IMG/VR virus record: IMGVR_UViG_3300009149_000019
Location: 20,003 to 84,002 of that record
Reading direction: 5' to 3' (one strand)
DNA: 64,000 bases
Source: a virus
Position numbers and translations under genes: made by a program
In this document: positions 58,535 through 64,000 of the stretch, piece after piece
Layout: every line of letters starts with the position of its first letter
Position numbering within the stretch: position 1 is the stretch's first letter
Notes under the pieces: model-generated
What the model was told of the DNA's origin: nothing
Databases searched by the model: none
Seen by the model: only the letters and a program-made list of their open reading frames with translations

Positions 58535-58699
58535 ATGGAAAAAAAGATTATCGTTTTGATGGAGCAGTATACGAAAGAACTGACGAAGGCTGAAGAAGGT
58601 AACAAATCCGCTGGGAAGCGTGCCAGAAAGTTTTCATTAGAGCTGGATAAGCTGAATAAAGAATTCAGAAAATACAGCGTCACTAAAGAAAAAGCGTAA
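58535..58699 (+). CDS. Histone H1-like Hc1-family protein (absent from ORF track, 54 aa)
   Basis: Translated by hand: ...KAEEGNKSAGKRARKFSLELDKLNKEFRKYS; AGGAGG SD. Confidence 0.8.
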   Translation: MEKKIIVLMEQYTKELTKAEEGNKSAGKRARKFSLELDKLNKEFRKYSVTKEKA

Positions 58700-58711
58700 G
58701 TACGGTACTAT

Positions 58712-58748
58712 GAGGAGAGAGGCGGTGTGGCCCTCTGCCTCTCTCCTT
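58712..58748 (+). terminator. Strong hairpin (terminator or processing site)
   Basis: AGGAGAGAGGC..GCCTCTCTCCT; weak U-tract. Confidence 0.5.
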
Positions 58749-58774
58749 ATAACCAAATAAGGAGGATTTTTACT

Positions 58775-59623
58775 ATGCCACACGAAATGTTACGAAGGGC
58801 AATTACGGAGTTTAGAGAAAAGAAGGGAATCAATAAAAAGGATACGGCTACTATTCTTAAGATCCATAGAGTAACTCTCAGTAGACTTGAGAGCGGAATA
58901 ATGGAGATTTCTCCTGAAAGAGAACAGGAGCTTCTTACTCTGATTAAGACGTTATCTTCTGAGCCAACAGAAAAAGTTGTTTTTAAGACGAAGAAAGATG
59001 TAGCTGCTGCTATAAAGAAGACCGAAGCGTATCTTGCTTCAGAAGAAGGGGTATCTGCAATGAAAGAGCAAGCCAGTAAGTTTAAGGACACTGAGCGTCC
59101 AACAACGATGCCAGAAGAGTTTTCTTCAAAAAGATCAATTGATCAGAGTGAGATGCAGCTCTCACCACCAGTTGTAGAGATTGCATACACGTCTGTTGTC
59201 ACTAAGTCTCTGTATGAGAAAAATGGTGGGATAAAGACAGAGGGCTCAGTTGGGTTCGACCTGGTTGCTGCCAATGACACAGTTCTTCTAGAAGGTAACA
59301 CCTATATGATAGACCTTGGTTTGATTGTTAAGCCACCAGCAGGATATCGTATTACTATTTATCCTAGGAGTTCCACGTTCTCTAAGTTTGGGCTAGTTCA
59401 GACCAACAGTGTTGGAGTAATAGACCCCGACTACTGCGGAGAGCTTGATGTACTAAAATGGCCCTGTAAGTGTATTGAAAGATCAGCTACAGGGAAAGTA
59501 CTAAAACAAGGTACTCCGATTGCTCAAATGGTTCTTGAGAAGGCTCGTACGTTTACAACTACTACCTTTGTTCCTAATAAAAGATCCCGTGGAGGATTTG
59601 GTAGTACTGACGAGGGGAAATAA
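58775..59623 (+). CDS. dut: XRE-type HTH fused to trimeric dUTPase
   Basis: N-terminal REKKGINKKDTATILKIHRVTLSRLESG; GSVGFDL, PRSS, GVIDPDYCG, IAQM, RGGFGST. Confidence 0.88.
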   Translation: MPHEMLRRAITEFREKKGINKKDTATILKIHRVTLSRLESGIMEISPEREQELLTLIKTLSSEPTEKVVFKTKKDVAAAIKKTEAYLASEEGVSAMKEQASKFKDTERPTTMPEEFSSKRSIDQSEMQLSPPVVEIAYTSVVTKSLYEKNGGIKTEGSVGFDLVAANDTVLLEGNTYMIDLGLIVKPPAGYRITIYPRSSTFSKFGLVQTNSVGVIDPDYCGELDVLKWPCKCIERSATGKVLKQGTPIAQMVLEKARTFTTTTFVPNKRSRGGFGSTDEGK

Positions 59624-59626
59624 CAT

Positions 59627-59914
59627 ATGTCTAAGGAAAGACGTCGTGATCTTATTAAGCTAAAGCCTCAGATGACAAGTATTCTTCTTAGTTATCTGAA
59701 AGAAACCCTTACAGGATTCGAACAGGCTGTCAAGACTCTGGAGGCACAGGCCTCAAAAGTCTCTATGTTAGAAGATCCAAATTCTAGTGCAATGGGGGAA
59801 CCTGATCCTAATGCAACAGTTGTAGACCAGAACGTCTTACGGATGAAAGCTGGTCATAAATTATTGTCAGATGTGTATTACACAATACATAATCAGGTAA
59901 AGAGGTCTAAGTAA
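59627..59914 (+). CDS. Hypothetical protein
   Basis: 95 aa, GAGG SD. Confidence 0.65.
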   Translation: MSKERRRDLIKLKPQMTSILLSYLKETLTGFEQAVKTLEAQASKVSMLEDPNSSAMGEPDPNATVVDQNVLRMKAGHKLLSDVYYTIHNQVKRSK

Positions 59915-59940
59915 TACAATATTGAGGAGAGAGGCCAAAT

Positions 59941-60567
59941 ATGCACACTTTACAAAATCAGATGATAACTCTGGATATCCCTGACTCTTGGGAGGATGTA
60001 CCAGGTACTTATAAACAGATAAACTATATCCAGGCAACAGACTCCTGGAAAGATCCTTCTATTCCAGAGAATTTTCCAAAGGAATCTTCTTCCCTAATAT
60101 CATTCATTAAGTACAGACATTACCAAGCTATAGGATGGAAGGATGATAAAATTATTGAAGATTCAAATTTCCTGATAAGATTTGAGTTTTATGAGAGAAG
60201 TGAGTGGAAGGACATACGTGCTAAGCGAGATGAGAAATGGGAGATCAGGCTCTTCTATTATTTCATGAACAACTGGAAAGACTATGACTGGTATAGGGAT
60301 GAATAGCTTGAGCTGGTTATTTTTGGATTTGCTACTGCAGTAGAATTTAAGATGAACAGTGAGTTTTACTCAGCCATTAACCGTGTTCTTCACAACTGTG
60401 AACCACATTATACCATTCCCATTGACAAATGGTACCTTATAGCTAGCCACCTTAGTTCTGGAGTTATAAAGCAGATGCTTTTACAGGACTATCCGTATAA
60501 GCAATATACAGATTTGTTAAGAGAAGAGCTTAGTAAAAGAGATCATAAAAATGGAGGTCCCCTATGA
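59941..60567 (+). pseudogene. Trp-repeat family gene interrupted by one in-frame TAG (60304-60306)
   Basis: WKDYDWYRDE*LELVIFG continues in frame into ORF 60352..60567, which carries the C-terminal box. Confidence 0.7.
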
Positions 60568-61184
60568 AAAAAAGTGCTCTTATTATTGTTGATCCGCAGA
60601 AAGATTTCTGTCCTGGAGGAGCTCTACCGCTTCCTGGAGGGAATGAGATAGCCAGTTATATTCTTGGTCACCTGTTTCACTACCCATTTGATCTTATGAT
60701 CGTTAGCAGAGACTGGCATCCGAAAGACCACACGTCTTTCAAAGTTGATGGGTGTGATGAGAGAGGTATATGGCCACCACACTGTATACAGGGAACATCT
60801 GGGGCTGCCTTATTGTTTATCCCACCTTACAATGTTCTTCTTGCTACAAAGGGAGATAACCCTTATGAACACCCGTATCCTGCTATGAAGGCCCATATGG
60901 ATGATGCGCCTGATACCATGGTTCCGTCTCTTCTAAAAAGTAAGAAGATTGACTCTGTTTTTGTTGGTGGTCTTGCACTTGACTTTTGTGTTAAGGATAC
61001 GGTCCTTGATCTACTAAAAGAAGGATATGAGACATTCTTGATGCTTGATGCCTGTCGTGGACTCGGCCATGCTACAATGACTGATGCTGTACGTGAGATG
61101 GTTGAGGCTGGTGCTAAGCTAACTTATATCAAGAACGTAGAGCAACTTGTGAAGTCGAGACGGAAAGATGACAGTCCTGGGTAA
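60564..61184 (+). CDS. pncA: Nicotinamidase/pyrazinamidase (isochorismatase family)
   Basis: IVDPQKDFCPGGAL, DWHP..H.SF, WPPHCIQGT.GA, TKG, GLALDFCV. Confidence 0.9.
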   Translation: MKKSALIIVDPQKDFCPGGALPLPGGNEIASYILGHLFHYPFDLMIVSRDWHPKDHTSFKVDGCDERGIWPPHCIQGTSGAALLFIPPYNVLLATKGDNPYEHPYPAMKAHMDDAPDTMVPSLLKSKKIDSVFVGGLALDFCVKDTVLDLLKEGYETFLMLDACRGLGHATMTDAVREMVEAGAKLTYIKNVEQLVKSRRKDDSPG

Positions 61185-61500
61185 CCACATAAATATAAGT
61201 GACATTGAAGAATTCTTGTGTACTTATTACTGCGATCCACTCACTGTTGAGCAATGCACTTGTCTGGGGGATAAGTGGCGTCATCTTAACATGTCCTTTT
61301 ACGCCACCAGTGCTCATACTAGAATGTCTGTAGATGAGCTAAACATGGAGACTGCAAAACTACTGGAATCCGTTATACCAGGATCAATAGTAAAGAGACT
61401 CTTACTAGATAATAGAGTAAGTAACCTCTACCTTCGTGATATACTTACCAAGGCTCTCACCTGTAACAAAGATATAATTAAAGTAGCTATCATAATGTGA
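61168..61500 (+). CDS. Hypothetical protein with C-terminal box
   Basis: PGSIVKRLLLDNRVSNLYLRDILTKAL. Confidence 0.7.
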   Translation: MTVLGNHINISDIEEFLCTYYCDPLTVEQCTCLGDKWRHLNMSFYATSAHTRMSVDELNMETAKLLESVIPGSIVKRLLLDNRVSNLYLRDILTKALTCNKDIIKVAIIM

Positions 61501-61501
61501 G

Positions 61502-61747
61502 GTGTACATGATTAACATTAACGACCTTGAACCACTAGATGTTGGACGGTCAGTCATCTATCATTCTTTTGAAAACCAGGAGTCGGGAAGAATTAAAAGC
61601 TGGAACACTAAATTCATTTTTGTAGAGTTTCCACCACGAACGTACGGAAGGGGCGAAGCGTGTGATCCGAATGACCTAGACTTCATGTTTGCAAGTAAGC
61701 ATGCAAAACGAAAGCTCATTGGAGCGTCATCAAAGAAAACTAAGTAG
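61502..61747 (+). CDS. Small hypothetical protein (beta-rich)
   Basis: DVGRSVIY..GRIKSWN..FIFVEF..ACDP.DL. Confidence 0.65.
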   Translation: MYMININDLEPLDVGRSVIYHSFENQESGRIKSWNTKFIFVEFPPRTYGRGEACDPNDLDFMFASKHAKRKLIGASSKKTK

Positions 61748-61774
61748 CATTTGCTATTAATAACGGAGGTTACC

Positions 61775-62110
61775 ATGAATACAGAAAAGAGAGAGAAAAA
61801 TCCCATTATTGCAAGGATCAAAAAAGAGAACAACAGCATTGCTGAAAAAATTAGGACGATGAGAGGTACCAGGAAACAACATATTAATGGGTGTGTTCCC
61901 GGTCTTATCGCTCTCTCAAAAGAGTCGCGATGTAGGCACATTGTATACTGTGAACTGAGAGGGAAGAAAAGGGAAGATATTGAAAAGCCCAGGGAAACAA
62001 ACAAGGCTAATGAAAATATTATCAAGGGAATCAGGAAAATCTGGGAAGATGAGCTCAAGGCTTTTAGAGGTGAAGACCCTGTGATAGTAGAGCAGGCTAA
62101 CGCAGCCTAA
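61775..62110 (+). CDS. Hypothetical basic protein
   Basis: GGAGG SD; RHIVYCELRGK.REDIE. Confidence 0.7.
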   Translation: MNTEKREKNPIIARIKKENNSIAEKIRTMRGTRKQHINGCVPGLIALSKESRCRHIVYCELRGKKREDIEKPRETNKANENIIKGIRKIWEDELKAFRGEDPVIVEQANAA

Positions 62111-62132
62111 CAATATATAGCACGATTTGTTT

Positions 62133-62166
62133 AGAAGAGAGAGCCCATTATTGGCTCTCTCTTTTT
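62133..62166 (+). terminator. Intrinsic terminator
   Basis: AAGAGAGAGCC-N7-GGCTCTCTC followed by TTTTT. Confidence 0.7.
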
Positions 62167-62201
62167 ATGAGCCTGTGAAGTTTAAGAGGAGGAAGGAACC
62201 T

Positions 62202-62360
62202 ATGAATATACAAACAGTTGTACAGATGGACCAGGAAACCTTTGAGGAAATGAAAACTATAATAGAGGAGCTTGCACATCTTTACAATAATGAGCACGAT
62301 TATGAAATGCTTTCTTCAAGAGCAAATGATCTTGTTGAAAAGTTAAAAAGAAAAGAGTAG
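62202..62360 (+). CDS. Small hypothetical protein
   Basis: AGGAGG SD before ATG 62202. Confidence 0.55.
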   Translation: MNIQTVVQMDQETFEEMKTIIEELAHLYNNEHDYEMLSSRANDLVEKLKRKE

Positions 62361-62373
62361 TAGGAGGATAATT

Positions 62374-62940
62374 ATGGCTAATCACATGGAAGCTGCTACA
62401 CTTGGCAGAAAAACACTATTCTTTGTTTACTCTGTTGAAAATATAACAAAAAGAAAAACGAAGATCAAGGCTACAGTAGAGAAAGAAGGACAAGACTTTG
62501 AAGATCTAGCCCAGGCATACAACTGGGATATTTCGAATCTACGCAAAGGGCAGCCTATATGCATTGAAGTAAAATGCTCAAAACCTATTGTTGAGGCAAA
62601 TGTAATAACAATTACAGTTGACGGTAAAGCTAAGCATTCAGGAAAAACAATATTTAGGGTTAATAACATTGTAAAAGGAGAAGCGTGTTTTGTTGCCTTT
62701 GACACAGGTTATGATTTTACCGATGTGGTTAAAGCTTTAGGATGGAATAAAAGAGAATTGTCTTCAGGAGAAGAGAGCCCCTTTATTCCTCTTACTGACA
62801 CAGTTGAGATTGGGGACTATGTACACTTATCCTTAAAAGGTGAGATAGTCTCTGCTAAAAATGATCCAAGATATGCAGTAATTGTAGAAAATACACGGCT
62901 ACGTGAGGCGCTTATAGCTCGCTATGTTAAGGTGGCGTAG
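62374..62940 (+). CDS. Hypothetical protein (MANHMEA start)
   Basis: AGGAGG SD. Confidence 0.75.
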   Translation: MANHMEAATLGRKTLFFVYSVENITKRKTKIKATVEKEGQDFEDLAQAYNWDISNLRKGQPICIEVKCSKPIVEANVITITVDGKAKHSGKTIFRVNNIVKGEACFVAFDTGYDFTDVVKALGWNKRELSSGEESPFIPLTDTVEIGDYVHLSLKGEIVSAKNDPRYAVIVENTRLREALIARYVKVA

Positions 62941-62953
62941 AAGGAGGATAGCT

Positions 62954-63463
62954 ATGGCTAATCATATGGAAGCAGTACTTGATCGTGAAACCTCTCCAGA
63001 GGAGATTGAAGCTCTTCTTAGGAAATGTAACGATGAGAGATTCAAAGAAGTCTTTGGCATAACAGTGTCAAAGAATGGGTGGATACAAGGGGATACTTAC
63101 TTCTTAGTATTCTATGAGAATCTTGATAACTTCTTTTTGGAGATGTGGCTTCATCCTGACAACAAGAAACTCGAATTCAGAATGGGCCACAGCAGTAATC
63201 TTTATATGCTTGTTACTTACCTTGAATGGTATTTTTTTGAATATCCTGTTGTAGCGATTGGAGGAATAATACAAGATGAATGCGCAGACGCATATGATAA
63301 AGATGACCCCGACTATGAAGACACTTCATTTGCTCCAGACTTCTTAAAGAGGTATCCCACATTTAATAATTACGTCCATGAGAATATGTTAACCGCTAGG
63401 AGTAAACCTATGATAAGACGGATACTCGCACAGGTTCCTAAAGAACTAGAACATATTGTGTGA
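62954..63463 (+). CDS. Hypothetical protein (MANHMEA start)
   Basis: AGGAGG SD before ATG 62954. Confidence 0.75.
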   Translation: MANHMEAVLDRETSPEEIEALLRKCNDERFKEVFGITVSKNGWIQGDTYFLVFYENLDNFFLEMWLHPDNKKLEFRMGHSSNLYMLVTYLEWYFFEYPVVAIGGIIQDECADAYDKDDPDYEDTSFAPDFLKRYPTFNNYVHENMLTARSKPMIRRILAQVPKELEHIV

Positions 63464-63473
63464 AGGAGTACTT

Positions 63474-63626
63474 ATGAAAAATTTTATGTTAGGTATATTG
63501 CTAACCATAGTTGCTATCTTTTCTGTCGGTGCTGTCCCAGAGGTTGTTGCTATCATGTGGATGCTGACATCCGGGAAAAGAACGAAAAGTCAGCGGAAGC
63601 GTTTTACAGGGGGGACTAATGTTTGA
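63474..63626 (+). CDS. Small membrane peptide (absent from ORF track, 50 aa)
   Basis: AAGGAG SD; MKNFMLGILLTIVAIFSVGAVPEVVAIMWML then basic tail. Confidence 0.5.
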   Translation: MKNFMLGILLTIVAIFSVGAVPEVVAIMWMLTSGKRTKSQRKRFTGGTNV

Positions 63627-63858
63627 AGACATTAAAGGTTCGAGCACAGGTAGAATACGGTTTACCAGACCAGAGCTGCATGAAGATAAGCCAAGATTTG
63701 TTCGCAGAGAATGTATTGATCCTGAAACACACATGGTTGGTAAAGGCTGTCAGGGTATTAACTGTGATTTTGCTGCGATAGAAAAACGAGTGCTGGCTTT
63801 CATGTCTGAGGACGATAAGAATAAAATGATGCTGATGGGGATTTATGGGAAAGTGTAG
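63619..63858 (+). CDS. 79-aa protein resembling a fragment of family A polymerase palm
   Basis: STGR...P.L ... DFAAIEKRVLAFMSED. Confidence 0.5.
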   Translation: MFEDIKGSSTGRIRFTRPELHEDKPRFVRRECIDPETHMVGKGCQGINCDFAAIEKRVLAFMSEDDKNKMMLMGIYGKV

Positions 63859-63882
63859 GTACATCAACGGAGGACACATAAC

Positions 63883-64000
63883 AATGGACAATCAAAATTC
63901 GAAAAACGTGCAAGTGCTGAAAAGTCAGGGCTACCAAACTTTTATCAACATTTTCTGCGGTGATGTTATGGTATCGCCAACCGGAGAAGATGTTCCTACA
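63883..64000 (+). CDS. Hypothetical protein, 3'-truncated by window edge
   Basis: GGAGG SD, ATG 63883, open to the end of the window. Confidence 0.45.

Noticed and set aside
12757-59623. Uracil-substituted genome as in PBS1/AR9
   Set aside because: An intact-looking dUTPase argues against dU-DNA, and no base-modification enzymes are recognisable in this window.
6673-61500. Identifying the shared box as F-box, SOCS-box or SAP domain
   Set aside because: Only superficial likeness (LP..L start, two helices). The F-box VC/W end, SOCS LxxLCR and SAP GxK loop are absent, so these are used only as analogies.
387-63891. Minus-strand ORFs in the track (e.g. 47249..48112, 7306..7824, 61561..62058)
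   Set aside because: They lie antisense to + strand genes that have SD sites or recognisable motifs, and carry no motifs of their own; treated as shadow ORFs.
1-64000. Genome-wide TAG or TGA stop-codon reassignment
   Set aside because: Conserved genes are full length in the standard code. Many end in TAG (e.g. 12735, 34449, 40452) or TGA (15165, 24884) shortly before the next gene; only one in-frame TAG was found.
1-64000. tRNA or rRNA genes
   Set aside because: Intergenic gaps are short and none shows a cloverleaf with a GTTCRA T-loop in proper context.

Overview
This window is part of a large bacteriophage (jumbo-phage-like) genome. Roughly 90 tightly packed genes all lie on the + strand, with AGGAGG-type Shine-Dalgarno sites, ATGA/TAATG overlaps, sigma70-type promoters and intrinsic-terminator hairpins. 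I recognised no virion structural genes, tRNAs or CRISPR array. Core modules are: type IIA topoisomerase (B subunit cut by the window edge, A subunit without a C-terminal pinwheel); a replication/recombination block (SbcD, UDG-like domain fused to family A DNA polymerase, UvsY-like, gp32-like SSB, RecA/UvsX, Holliday junction resolvase, SbcC); and an unsplit two-gene multisubunit RNA polymerase in beta-prime then beta order, followed by a possible degenerate alpha-like gene. The accessory region carries six ankyrin-type genes, a papain-family protease, an AAA+ ATPase, RtcB, PncA, a SLOG protein, a stand-alone PgpH-like c-di-AMP HD domain, a (p)ppGpp-hydrolase-like HD protein, an XRE-dUTPase fusion, an Hc1-like protein and a secreted toxin-like protein. 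The main unexplained signal is a ~30-aa two-helix box ([S/P/D]xx[L/I]KxhLL...P..h[K/R]..h..EL..R, h = hydrophobic). I see it by eye in about 20 otherwise unrelated accessory proteins, usually at the C-terminus, and in none of the core enzymes. It is combined with ankyrin repeats, a Trp-rich 22-23-aa repeat, zinc ribbons, transmembrane segments and a tandemly arrayed MKxRxGFVxNSSSSSF leader. This suggests a modular phage adaptor or targeting system. All family calls come from motif recognition by eye; no database search was run.
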